From: Nitrososphaerota archaeon
Lineage (GTDB): Archaea > Thermoproteota > Nitrososphaeria > Nitrososphaerales > UBA57
Direction of reading: 5' to 3'
Length of the DNA stretch: 64,000 nucleotides
Assembly (NCBI GenBank): GCA_024860875.1
Contig: JACPSZ010000013.1
Coordinates: 7,166-71,165 of the forward strand
In this document: in pieces, positions 8,169 through 17,141 of the stretch
Layout of the letters: each line of letters opens with the position of its first letter
How positions within the stretch are numbered: the first letter of the stretch is position 1
Translations under genes and position numbers: made by a program
The notes under the pieces: model-generated
Told to the model about the DNA's origin: nothing
The model's input: only the letters and a program-made list of their open reading frames with translations
The model's database searches: none

Positions 8169-9107
8169 TTACTCGCCTAACCGTCCTCTAAGCAGCTCAA
8201 GATACTTTGGATGCTGTTCCACATCAGCTTTGGAAGGGAAGTATTGCGCACCTTCTGGAATTCTTCCTTCCTCCGCTACACCTTTGCGTGCAGGTATCTT
8301 CCCTCCAAATCCACCAATCATCTCTTGCCATTCCTGAGATAGTGCAAAGTCGAAGGCCATCTCCGCGATCTTTGGATTTTCACCACCCTTTACTATGCCA
8401 ATTGAGGGTGAGAATGTCCACAACGGAGGAACATCCGTGGGCTGCCTGAACACTATGGGCCTGTTCTGTACGTCAAGGTAGTATGATATGCAAGCAAGTG
8501 TTGCAGGGAAGCCAACGTGCTTTTCCCCCATTCCTACTCTTAGTGCCATTTCCGGCATGCATTCGTAAGCCGCGGGCTTCAAGTTGCTCAAACGTTCTAT
8601 GAACTCATTCCACTTCCTCTGTCCAATAAATCTCTGGAGGGTGACCAAATACGCTAGCCCCATGCGCCCTTCGATGTTCTGAACTATAGAATGCACGGCA
8701 AGTTTGTTTCGCCACTTCTCATCAAGAACCTGTTCCAACGTCTTCGGTGAAACCGCGTCATTGACCAGTTCAGTATTGTAAGCAAATCCTACAGGGGACA
8801 GTGCCATAGCTGCCCATGTTCCCTTTTCATCATAGAACCCTTTCTGGTATGCATCTAGCTCGGATGAACCGTACTTCCTGAGAAGACCTCTTACTTGAAG
8901 GTCAAGGACCATCCAGTGTGGGCCTATGATAATATCAGCGGTGGGAACTCCAACCTTCGCCTCCTTTGTGATTTGTTCAAGTAGCCTGGCAGGGTGATCA
9001 CGGAATGTCACAATGTGGAAGTGAAAGTCCTTGTACTTCTGCCTTAGAGCTAGGTCAAAGCTGTCCAGAAGGAAGGAGAAGGATGTGTATATGGTTAAAC
9101 GATTCAT
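8169..9107 (-). CDS. periplasmic-binding-protein-fold (Fe3+/thiamine-type solute-binding family 1) protein lacking a signal peptide
   Basis: LTIYTS...ADIIIGPHWMVLDL...GTWAAMALSPVGFAYNTELV resembles FbpA/AfuA-type binding proteins. The N-terminus starts directly in the first beta-strand. Confidence 0.55.
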   Translation of the reverse strand: MNRLTIYTSFSFLLDSFDLALRQKYKDFHFHIVTFRDHPARLLEQITKEAKVGVPTADIIIGPHWMVLDLQVRGLLRKYGSSELDAYQKGFYDEKGTWAAMALSPVGFAYNTELVNDAVSPKTLEQVLDEKWRNKLAVHSIVQNIEGRMGLAYLVTLQRFIGQRKWNEFIERLSNLKPAAYECMPEMALRVGMGEKHVGFPATLACISYYLDVQNRPIVFRQPTDVPPLWTFSPSIGIVKGGENPKIAEMAFDFALSQEWQEMIGGFGGKIPARKGVAEEGRIPEGAQYFPSKADVEQHPKYLELLRGRLGE

Positions 9108-9147
9108 ATCCTATTTACTCTCTGAAGAATGGGAAGAGGTTTTCACC

Positions 9148-9606
9148 TTACTGGTTAGGGAATTTGAAAGTGAGCGTCATCGAGTTGATTGACTTCATTA
9201 TCTTCTTTTCGAGCCCAAGAACTTTGTTTAGATAGAGAAGCATTTTAGGCATTGAACCCTTGAACTTGACCTTTCCCGATACGACCTCGCTTGGCATTTT
9301 CATTTCGCCTTTGGCAATCTTCTCCCATTCTCTGTATGGAGCGTGAAATACAAATTCAGCAACGCTATTCTTGGAAGTCTCTTCAACGGAAAGCCGTCCT
9401 TCTCTTGTGCTTATGAGATAAGCATTATTTGCCTCATCGCAAGAAATAAGCAGAGTCGTGTTCATGCCTTTCGTAACTTTGGCAAGCGATTCGTCCATGT
9501 TGAGGCTCTCAATCAACTTCTGAAAGAATTCCAATGAGAAGAAGAAAACTCTTCCTGGTGGAGTAAGAATTGTGGTCATTAGTTTTTTTAAATCAAACGG
9601 GGTCAT
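9148..9606 (-). CDS. SCP2 (sterol-carrier-like) domain protein
   Basis: The C-terminal VVSGKVKFKGSMPKMLLYLNKV resembles the SCP2 GKLKI.GDM motif. Confidence 0.5.
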   Translation of the reverse strand: MTPFDLKKLMTTILTPPGRVFFFSLEFFQKLIESLNMDESLAKVTKGMNTTLLISCDEANNAYLISTREGRLSVEETSKNSVAEFVFHAPYREWEKIAKGEMKMPSEVVSGKVKFKGSMPKMLLYLNKVLGLEKKIMKSINSMTLTFKFPNQ

Positions 9607-9725
9607 ATAGCAGTTTGACCTAACGGCTTCGGGTTTCTGCCTTATCTTATCGTGGATTCCAAGTGTGCTGGGACTTCTTCAATCGTAGTCAGGGCCTTCG
9701 GTTTACATACCGCTTTGCGCAGAGG

Positions 9726-10916
9726 TCAGATTCTCGGGCGAGTATGAGGTTGATGCCGGCTCTCAATTGCGTAGATGACAACAGCAGTAACGGCGACCAA
9801 AGCAAGGGCGGCGAATGTCGATGATGTTCCCAAGGAAGCTACTAGGATTGCTACAATAGGGGTTCCTATGCCCGCCCCAAGGTATCGGGCGGCCTGAACA
9901 CCTGATAGACGCCTCCACTTCCCCGAGGCGGACGCTCCAGCTATGATAGGAGCAAATATAGCGGAGATCGTAGAGGCCTGAATTACTCTGAGCAGAAGAA
10001 ATGTCTCCACCGATCTTGTTATGCCCATAAGTGCGAGCGAAGCAGCGGACAGAAGTGCTGCCACAGTGACCAGTCTGACCGTACCGACCCGATCAGCCAA
10101 CCTGCCCAACCCAATCAAAGCCACTGAAGACCCGATCGTTGATCCTGACGCTATCAATCCTGCGTAGGTCACGGCAGACGAGCCTGAAATTTCAAATTCG
10201 CGCAGGACGGTAGGAAAGAGAGAAACTATACTCACGAGTTGAGCCGAAGCCAAGGCTACAAGAATAAACACGACGACAGTCCAGCCACGGCTTGGCGTTA
10301 CACTCTCCTCCTCCACTCTAGACTCAGACCTTCTCACATCTGAGACGAAAAACAAAACAAGCAATGCTGCAAAAATTGCACTTCCCGTGCCGAGTAGCAA
10401 AGCCGTTCTGTAACCAAACAAAGCATAGGTAAAGGCACCTATTGACGGTGCCAGCGTCATACTTATGGTAGCTATCCCCTGAAAAAGACCAACATTGCTT
10501 GTTCTCCTCCTCGGCTCGGATGAAGCCAGTACTATAATGAGTGCAACCGTAGCCACCTCTCCAAAAAGGCCCTGAACAACTCTGAGAGCAAGGATAACGT
10601 ATAGGTTTCCGGTAGAAGCTATCAAGGCGGTCGTCACAGCTTGCACTGAGAAGGCCCTGACCAGTAAGTACTTGGGGCTGTATCTTTCAGCTAGGTTGCC
10701 CCATAACACGGTTCCAACGGTTAGGGCCAGAGGACTCGCCCCGACTAACAAACCAGCCCACAACAGCCTGTCTCCAAGTGGGAGCTCTGTAGAAATCTCC
10801 TCGACTATGAACGGAAGGGCAACCTGCAGAAACGTGATGTTGTAATAGCCTCCGGCTTGCGCTAAGGCTGTGGCATACACATTTCGTGAATACTTGCTAA
10901 CCTCTAAGTTCGCCAA
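9726..10916 (-). CDS. MFS transporter
   Basis: 396 aa, about 12 hydrophobic helices, with a GNLAERYSPK-type loop after TM2. Confidence 0.8.
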   Translation of the reverse strand: MANLEVSKYSRNVYATALAQAGGYYNITFLQVALPFIVEEISTELPLGDRLLWAGLLVGASPLALTVGTVLWGNLAERYSPKYLLVRAFSVQAVTTALIASTGNLYVILALRVVQGLFGEVATVALIIVLASSEPRRRTSNVGLFQGIATISMTLAPSIGAFTYALFGYRTALLLGTGSAIFAALLVLFFVSDVRRSESRVEEESVTPSRGWTVVVFILVALASAQLVSIVSLFPTVLREFEISGSSAVTYAGLIASGSTIGSSVALIGLGRLADRVGTVRLVTVAALLSAASLALMGITRSVETFLLLRVIQASTISAIFAPIIAGASASGKWRRLSGVQAARYLGAGIGTPIVAILVASLGTSSTFAALALVAVTAVVIYAIESRHQPHTRPRI

Positions 10917-10950
10917 ACTCAGTGACCATCATTCATACCAAATGCCATAT

Positions 10951-11003
10951 CCCGATATTCCTAATCCCGAAGGGCTTCGGCTTTAGGCATATCCGAATGT
11001 GGT
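10951..11003. promoter_or_regulatory. motif B copy: CCGATATTCCTAATCCCGAAGGGCTTCGGCTTTAGGCATATCCGAATGTGGTG
   Basis: Near-identical to 12848-12899. It ends 16 nt before the ATG at 11019. Confidence 0.5.
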
Positions 11004-11018
11004 GCCGTAGAGTGGAAC

Positions 11019-11678
11019 ATGCTTAAGAATCTGCAAGATGCAATCGCGGAAATAAATGAAGGTAAAGCGCTAAACATCATACAGGAGAGGCTTAAGGCTG
11101 GTGAGAATCCCTCTAATCTACTCGATACGGTAAGAAGTGGTGCTCGGAAAGCAATAGGCTTCTACGAGAGTGGGAGGTACGGTCGCATTGAACTGCAAAT
11201 GATACATCTGATAGTCGACCAGTGTTTGAATCTTCTTGGTTCACGTGCGGCTCAGAAGCAACCGTCTGTGGGCAGGATTCTAACTGGCACATTACCAACC
11301 GAACGTGATGAGATGGGTAGAGATGTTACGCCGATGATTCTCTTTAGTGGAGGCTTTGACATAATCGACCTTGGAAGTCAAGTACCTCCTCAAGAGTTCG
11401 CCAAGAAAGCCAATGAAGTCAATCCAGACCTAGTTGCCATAACTGGCGTAGACTTGGATTCTCTTGAAGATGCAGCCCAAGCGGTTCTTGGCATAACCCA
11501 ATTGCATCGCACCCCTAAGATCATGGTCGGCCCACTAATCAAATGCGGACATGAGCTTAAGATCGACGCCGATCTTGTGAAAACGCTGAAAGCTAACGCA
11601 GGGTGGAATGATGCACCAGAGTCTGTTAACGTAGCTAAGTCGCTTTTAGAGCGAAAAGTGGAGGTGGTTAGAGCATGA
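11019..11678 (+). CDS. cobalamin (B12)-binding domain corrinoid-type protein, variant lower-ligand motif
   Basis: Helical cap plus Rossmann segment GTLPTERDEMGRDVTPMILFSGGFDIIDLGSQVPPQEF aligns to GT..GDVHDIGKNIV...G..V.DLG.DVP. The His of DxHxxG is Asp here. Confidence 0.65.
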   Translation: MLKNLQDAIAEINEGKALNIIQERLKAGENPSNLLDTVRSGARKAIGFYESGRYGRIELQMIHLIVDQCLNLLGSRAAQKQPSVGRILTGTLPTERDEMGRDVTPMILFSGGFDIIDLGSQVPPQEFAKKANEVNPDLVAITGVDLDSLEDAAQAVLGITQLHRTPKIMVGPLIKCGHELKIDADLVKTLKANAGWNDAPESVNVAKSLLERKVEVVRA

Positions 11679-12793
11679 ACTCGAAGGAGAGAATGGACGC
11701 AGCGGTAGCATGCAAAGTCCCCGATAGGATACCTATTGCTCTAAGGCTCGACGTACCTGCTGCACATTGGTCAGGAATCACTTCAGAGGAATTTATGCAA
11801 GATCCATGGAAGGCCTCCAACGCTATAGAATGGGTATTCGATAAGTTCGGCGGCTGGGATGGCGTGGATAACACATGGACGATGGGAGTCAGGTATTTGA
11901 AGCTTGATACCTACAACATGGAAATCCATGCGTCCAGAGGCTTTAAGATGCTTCACGTTCCTACAATGACGGTCGAGGACTACGATGTGGCAATCAAGGA
12001 GGGTCTATATGGATTCATGAAGACTGTAGCGGCGAGGATGGGCAAGAGATTCGATCCAGAGCTCGAAACTGAAATGTATCGCAGCTTCGCGCCCATCTAC
12101 AAGCACTGGGAGGAGAAGGGTGCGGTTGTGCATAGAGGAGGGAAGTTCAAACCAGCGATGTCGCACTTCCAGTGGGCCAGAACATGGCAGGAGCTCCTCA
12201 AGGATCTGATGAGGAATTATGACAAAGTAAAGCAGGCATGTGATGCTATGTTCGAAGAGGCGGTTACCGCAGCTGAGAAACAAAGCAGGTTAGTTAACTG
12301 CAAGTATGTGTTTGTACCTGCTAGCAAGTCCACCCTTGGGTCGAAGAAGCTCTTCGAAGATTTGCTCTTCCCCTATCTGAAGGAGGGTTGCCATAGACTC
12401 GTAAAAGACGGGTTCGTACCAAGAATACACCTTGACCTCGACTGGACAGAGTACCTAGAGTACCTTCTCGAACTTCCCAAGAGGAGCTGTATAGCTGAAC
12501 TGGAGAGCCTGACGGATCTTAAGAAAGCCAAAGAAGTTCTGGGTGGACATATGTGCATAAGTGGAGGTGTGCCTCCAGGGTTGCTTGTCAGAGGTACCCC
12601 AGACAAGGTTCATGAAACATGCAAGAAACTTATCGAGGAAATGGGACCCGATGGATACATACTGGCAAATGATGACATGGTTCCTCCCAATGCGAGGATG
12701 GAAAATGTGAAGGCGTTGGTTGATGCTGGGAAGAAGTTCGGTGGGGCCTACTCGATTCATGATCGGCCCTCGCCGCAGGTTTTGAGAGCGTAA
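11675..12793 (+). CDS. uroporphyrinogen-decarboxylase (URO-D) family methyltransferase-like protein (MtaA/CmuA-like)
   Basis: KERMDAAVACKVPDRIPI N-terminus and C-terminal GYILANDDMVPPNARMENVKALVDA. It overlaps the corrinoid gene by 4 nt. Confidence 0.6.
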   Translation: MNSKERMDAAVACKVPDRIPIALRLDVPAAHWSGITSEEFMQDPWKASNAIEWVFDKFGGWDGVDNTWTMGVRYLKLDTYNMEIHASRGFKMLHVPTMTVEDYDVAIKEGLYGFMKTVAARMGKRFDPELETEMYRSFAPIYKHWEEKGAVVHRGGKFKPAMSHFQWARTWQELLKDLMRNYDKVKQACDAMFEEAVTAAEKQSRLVNCKYVFVPASKSTLGSKKLFEDLLFPYLKEGCHRLVKDGFVPRIHLDLDWTEYLEYLLELPKRSCIAELESLTDLKKAKEVLGGHMCISGGVPPGLLVRGTPDKVHETCKKLIEEMGPDGYILANDDMVPPNARMENVKALVDAGKKFGGAYSIHDRPSPQVLRA

Positions 12794-12847
12794 AGTCTGC
12801 TGCTTCGAAGATAAAAGTAGAGCAATGTACCTACCTTCACAAGTCAA

Positions 12848-12899
12848 CCGATATTCTAACCCCGAAGAGTTTCGGCTTTACGCATATCCGAATGTGGTT
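12848..12899. promoter_or_regulatory. motif B copy: CCGATATTCTAACCCCGAAGAGTTTCGGCTTTACGCATATCCGAATGTGGTT
   Basis: Read directly, upstream of the ATG at 12923. Confidence 0.5.
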
Positions 12900-12922
12900 G
12901 TTAAGGAGAAACTAGATCTGTT

Positions 12923-14059
12923 ATGAATAGGACGCGTATAATTGCAATATCAGTTGCCATAGTAATCGTTTCATCGCTGTTTCTTGTGGCATTTCCCTAT
13001 TTCTACGGACCGACAACGCCGCCTACGGGCACATCATCAACACTTGAAATGAAAAGGGTAAGGTATGGGCAGTTTGGAGTAGAGACGTCAGCTATACAAA
13101 CCTCCGCTGTACGCTTGGCCATGGATCTTGGTTACTTCCAGAAGGAAGGTCTTTTGCTGGATTACGTAGGCATTCAGTCCAGCCCATTGATGCTACAAGC
13201 CATGGCTGCAGGCGAGCTGGACATGGTCTCTATTGGTACATTGGAGGCAGCATTAAGGCTGGCCGCTACCGGAGCTCTCCCCCACAAGATCTTTCTCTCC
13301 TTCGCCCCGCCGGGAGGTGGGAATACCGCGATTATTGTTGGAAGAAAGGAGATCGCAAGCGTTCAAGATTTGAAGGGGAAGACCATAGCACATGGGAGCC
13401 CGGGTGATTCCATTCAGATTCTGGTCAAGTCTTTCTTGCGAAGCTCTGGCATGGATCCGGACAAAGATGTCGCATGGGTAGCTTTGGGAGCACCACCAGC
13501 AAGGGTGACCGCCCTTAGAGCTGGCAAGGTCGATGCAATTACAACGACGATTCAGACTTGGGCTACAATTCAAGATGATCAAAACCTCCGAGTCATCGTC
13601 AATTCTGAAGCATTTGGCCGATTTGTAACACCCTACATTGGCGCCTATATCGTGACCCAGAAACTTATTGATAAGGACCCAGATGTTGTCAAGCGTTTTA
13701 CAAAGGCCGTAATCAAGGTCACAAGGCTCTTCAAAGAGAATAAGACTGCGTGGATAGATGCAATAATAATCCGCCGCCCTGAGATGACTAGAGAGCAACT
13801 GAGCGCGATATACGACCAGCTGCAGTGGGCCGTCAATGGTGGTATCAACGTAGAGAAATTCAGAGAGAGTATTGAGCAAAGCTATGGCTCACCCGATCTC
13901 AAAGGAGTTCCGCCAATAAGCGTGTCAAACTATGTTACAACAGAGTTCGTAGACGCCGCACTCAAGGAACTAGGGATATACAAGGACCTGGACGATCCCG
14001 GCCGAGCAATACAAGGTTTAGCAATCCAGCCGGTGTTCTACAGGAAGGCGGGGGAGTAG
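12923..14059 (+). CDS. ABC substrate-binding protein, NMT1/SsuA (NitT/TauT) type, N-terminal membrane anchor
   Basis: N-terminal TM helix, then the binding-protein pattern (GYFQKEGL...GELDMVSIG...KGKTIAHGSPG). Confidence 0.75.
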   Translation: MNRTRIIAISVAIVIVSSLFLVAFPYFYGPTTPPTGTSSTLEMKRVRYGQFGVETSAIQTSAVRLAMDLGYFQKEGLLLDYVGIQSSPLMLQAMAAGELDMVSIGTLEAALRLAATGALPHKIFLSFAPPGGGNTAIIVGRKEIASVQDLKGKTIAHGSPGDSIQILVKSFLRSSGMDPDKDVAWVALGAPPARVTALRAGKVDAITTTIQTWATIQDDQNLRVIVNSEAFGRFVTPYIGAYIVTQKLIDKDPDVVKRFTKAVIKVTRLFKENKTAWIDAIIIRRPEMTREQLSAIYDQLQWAVNGGINVEKFRESIEQSYGSPDLKGVPPISVSNYVTTEFVDAALKELGIYKDLDDPGRAIQGLAIQPVFYRKAGE

Positions 14060-14152
14060 AACATAAACTGTCTCTACGTTGTAGGGTGAAATCAGATTCC
14101 AACAAAAGATATCGCTAGCATTACCGAGCTCCTAAAGGCGCCAGGAGTAACT

Positions 14153-14992
14153 GTGGCTGCGGGCTGTTTTGACCCATTAAGTGCAAAGCTGGCTGAAAAG
14201 GTCGGGTTCAAGATGCTCGTTGTGGGAGGATACCCATTAGCACTCCACCTAGGTCTGCCCGAGCCTTTGCTTACCCATACAGAAGTGGCTGATGCGGTAA
14301 GAAACATTTCAAGGGGAACACGTATGCCTATAGTAGTAGATGGTGCCTCAGCCCGGGATGATCTAGATGGCATATCACGAATGGTAGGAGAATTACAAAG
14401 AGCGGGAGCTAGTGGAGTGTTGCTTGACGATAGGGTGCATTCTACGCATAACGATGGCGGAAAGACAATCGTTTCGGAAGAGCAGATGGAGGAAATGATC
14501 AAGGTTGCAAAGGTAAGCGCTGGTGCAGAGTTTGTAATCGGCGTTGAGAGTCTGGCTATCACCGCGTACGGGTTGGACGGCTGCAGGCGAAGATCTGGTA
14601 TATACGCCAAGGCAGGGGCAAGCTTCTGTTTCTTCTTCACAAGATCCAGCCAAGAGGTCGAGATGATTCCAAAAATATCCAAGATTCCACTCTTGCATGG
14701 CAATAGAGAAGCAGAGGGAGGTCGAAGCCCACTGCTTGATCGCAGAAGAGCATCAGATCTGGGTTATAAGATTCTCGTAGACTCCACATCTCCACTTTGG
14801 TCATCTTACAGTGGAATGAAATTGGCTTATACAACATTCTATGAAACCGGTAGATCGAATACAGGGTGCAATACACCCCAACTTGACGTAATCAGGAAGG
14901 AGGCCAGAAACCTTGCAGGTTACGATACCCTAATCAGTGACAGATCTCTATCGCGTCTTGTAGAGGCTCAAGCTAAAGGCAAAACTGTCTGA
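14153..14992 (+). CDS. isocitrate lyase / PEP mutase superfamily protein (methylisocitrate-lyase / phosphorylmutase-like)
   Basis: AAGCFDPLSAKLAEKVGFKMLVVGGY...PIVVDGASA...GASGVLLDD. The conserved ITELLKAPGVTV lies upstream of the GTG start. No ATG/GTG/TTG exists between the stop at 14087-14089 and 14153. Confidence 0.6.
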   Translation: MAAGCFDPLSAKLAEKVGFKMLVVGGYPLALHLGLPEPLLTHTEVADAVRNISRGTRMPIVVDGASARDDLDGISRMVGELQRAGASGVLLDDRVHSTHNDGGKTIVSEEQMEEMIKVAKVSAGAEFVIGVESLAITAYGLDGCRRRSGIYAKAGASFCFFFTRSSQEVEMIPKISKIPLLHGNREAEGGRSPLLDRRRASDLGYKILVDSTSPLWSSYSGMKLAYTTFYETGRSNTGCNTPQLDVIRKEARNLAGYDTLISDRSLSRLVEAQAKGKTV

Positions 14993-15011
14993 GCAGGTTT
15001 GCTCCAAGCCA

Positions 15012-15770
15012 CTAGCTCAATATGGGAAGATCTTTCTTTATGTCCACTTCTTGATCGGCTACTGTAAGGTCAAGGTCGGAAGGAGACTTTTCTTTGTGGC
15101 TGCCCAATCGTTTACTGCGGCTGTTCATAAATATCGGCTGTTTGAGGTAGGCATCTAAGACCTTTGTCTCGACTCTCCTCAAGATCTCTGAGATCGTTGA
15201 GGGGGAAACGTTGAGCATGGTAGAGAGTTGCTCAAGGTTGGCCCTTCTAGGATAGTCGAAGTATCCAATTTGCATGGCCAAGCGTATTACATGTTCCTGC
15301 CTACGAGTCAATGGACCTTCACCATCGGTCTTCGCAACACTCTTTAAATGTACAGGAGCGTTCTTGCGTCGGAGCATAGCGAGCAAGCATCTCAAAGAAC
15401 CCTTCCCGCCGGCAATGAACTCCATCTCAATCTCACCCTGCTCATTGACAACCTCGGATGTAAGATAGCATCTCTGATCGCAAATGGTTGCAAATTTGCA
15501 GCACTCGCAATTGATACCACGTATGGATACGAGTACGCTGTACTTATGGTCTCCAATTATCACTGCCTCTTGAATATTTGGATCGTTTCTGATGGCGTTC
15601 AGGACATTATGAATAAAATCTACGTTTGGTGAGCTAATCTCAATCAGCTCTCTGAGACCCTTTCCATTTTGGTCAACATTGTGCTGCAAAACTCTTACGG
15701 AAACGCCTGCCTGACTAGCGCTGTGTGTCCAACGGCACTGGGGACGAACACACAGAACAGCCTTAATCAC
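15012..15770 (-). CDS. HTH-10 (bacterio-opsin-activator-type HTH) family transcriptional regulator
   Basis: C-terminal LTRRQEHVIRLAMQIGYFDYPRRANLEQLSTMLNVSPSTISEILRRVETKV. Confidence 0.7.
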   Translation of the reverse strand: MIKAVLCVRPQCRWTHSASQAGVSVRVLQHNVDQNGKGLRELIEISSPNVDFIHNVLNAIRNDPNIQEAVIIGDHKYSVLVSIRGINCECCKFATICDQRCYLTSEVVNEQGEIEMEFIAGGKGSLRCLLAMLRRKNAPVHLKSVAKTDGEGPLTRRQEHVIRLAMQIGYFDYPRRANLEQLSTMLNVSPSTISEILRRVETKVLDAYLKQPIFMNSRSKRLGSHKEKSPSDLDLTVADQEVDIKKDLPILS

Positions 15771-15832
15771 AGCATAATTCTCTCACTGAACTGTCTAAAT
15801 CAGTTCCGTTAGAATAAAACTAACACTTGATT

Positions 15833-15848
15833 ACCCGAAAGGCTTCGG
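15833..15848. promoter_or_regulatory. motif B-like palindrome CCCGAAAGGCTTCGGG
   Basis: Read directly, 37 nt upstream of the remnant ORF at 15885. Confidence 0.35.
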
Positions 15849-15884
15849 GAAAACGACTATCACATTTGATAGAGAAGGAAAAGC

Positions 15885-16052
15885 CATGAGTAAGTTAACA
15901 ATCTATACATCGTTCCCGTTTCTGCTCGACAGCTTTCTGCTTGTCCAAGTGGATGTTGTTAAGATAAGCATCTTAAGAGCTTTAAATAATATCCTCCGTA
16001 AACCAATTCTATGCAGGAGCTTGTACTATTATGTTGAATATTATTGGCACTA
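15885..16052 (+). pseudogene. 5' remnant of a paralogue of the 8169-9107 binding-protein gene
   Basis: Own translation MSKLTIYTSFPFLLDSF... matches MNRLTIYTSFSFLLDSF of 8169-9107 for about 17 aa, then diverges and stops after 55 aa. Confidence 0.4.
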
Positions 16053-16084
16053 ACCCTAACTACCTAAAAAGAAGAACCTGCTTG

Positions 16085-16495
16085 TTAGGCGATAAATGGT
16101 AGAGCTCTTAGTCCAAGTATATCGTCAAGAGAGTAAGCGCCACCTCCCAAGAGAGCTAACCCTAAAAAGATCGCAAGGTAGGCAAGGTCGAGTTCATAGC
16201 CAAGGATGTACTTTTTCCTAAGTCGTAGAGCCAAAAGAATAATCGTCGCAACCATCTCAAGGGCAAGCAAACCAGTCACAAGTCTTGTCAGAATGCCCAA
16301 GATAACGAAAACCCCTCCCGCAAGCTCTAGTAAAGCTATAGTTGTTGTTATTGTAGGAGCAACTCCGATTGACTTCATTAGATCTAGGGTCTGTCCTCTT
16401 GACCCCCCAATAAGCTTAGGATAGCCGTGAATGACAAAAGCCACACCAGCTATTAGACGCAGGATGAGTACAGTAAGATCTATCTCCCAGACCAT
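16085..16495 (-). CDS. DoxX family membrane protein
   Basis: LRLIAGVAFVIHGYPKL...LLELAGGVFVILG pattern with four helices. Confidence 0.75.
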   Translation of the reverse strand: MVWEIDLTVLILRLIAGVAFVIHGYPKLIGGSRGQTLDLMKSIGVAPTITTTIALLELAGGVFVILGILTRLVTGLLALEMVATIILLALRLRKKYILGYELDLAYLAIFLGLALLGGGAYSLDDILGLRALPFIA

Positions 16496-16655
16496 TTATT
16501 GAGAGCTGCGTCTCATGGTTTTTAAGTCTTCTTGAGATTTCAAGCAATTTTTGTGCAGGTTCTAATTTGTGCCCTTTGCTGAGGCAAAAACTGCAGCAGG
16601 AAAGAAAGCTTTAGTCTACTGAGCATGCAACAATAATGCCAGAGGCGTAAAGTGT

Positions 16656-17108
16656 TCACCCAATCTTTCGTTTTGATTTGATAAGCTCGTCCAGTAACCT
16701 TACCAAAAGAGGCTCTTTTCTTATTATATCTGTTGCAGTAATCACCCCCACAAGTTTCCCTTTCTTCAGAACAGGTAGCCTCCTAATTCCCTTTGCTGTC
16801 ATCATGCTTGCCGCCGCTTCTATTGTAGCATCATCCGTAATTGTGATTAGAGGTGCTGACATCAGTTCTCCGACTTTCATGGTCTTCAGATTTAGGTCAG
16901 CGGCTAACCCTCTTCTCAAGATATCACCTTCTGTTATTATCCCAACCGGTTCCTCTTTCCTAGTCACTACTAAACATCCTATCCTATGATTGGCCATGTC
17001 CCTGATGGCGTTAGGCATCGGGGAGGATTGTGGGACTGTCCTTACGGGCTTCGACATTACGTCGCTAACATAGAGGGTGCCCCTGACCCATCGTTCATAT
17101 ACTTCCAT
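16656..17108 (-). CDS. CBS-domain pair protein
   Basis: Two CBS repeats (VSDVMSKPVRTV...IGCLVV ; VGELMSAPLITI...IRRLPV). Confidence 0.85.
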   Translation of the reverse strand: MEVYERWVRGTLYVSDVMSKPVRTVPQSSPMPNAIRDMANHRIGCLVVTRKEEPVGIITEGDILRRGLAADLNLKTMKVGELMSAPLITITDDATIEAAASMMTAKGIRRLPVLKKGKLVGVITATDIIRKEPLLVRLLDELIKSKRKIG

Positions 17109-17141
17109 CCTACGTCTATGATGGATAAGTCCTCTGGACGG

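Noticed and set aside
14092-14703. 203-aa minus-strand ORF antisense to the PEP-mutase-family gene, and similar long antisense ORFs such as 13253-13879, 23358-23813, 53046-53498, 60293-61145 and 879-1205
   Set aside because: Each lies fully opposite an ORF with clear family signatures and has no recognisable motifs itself. These are typical shadow ORFs.
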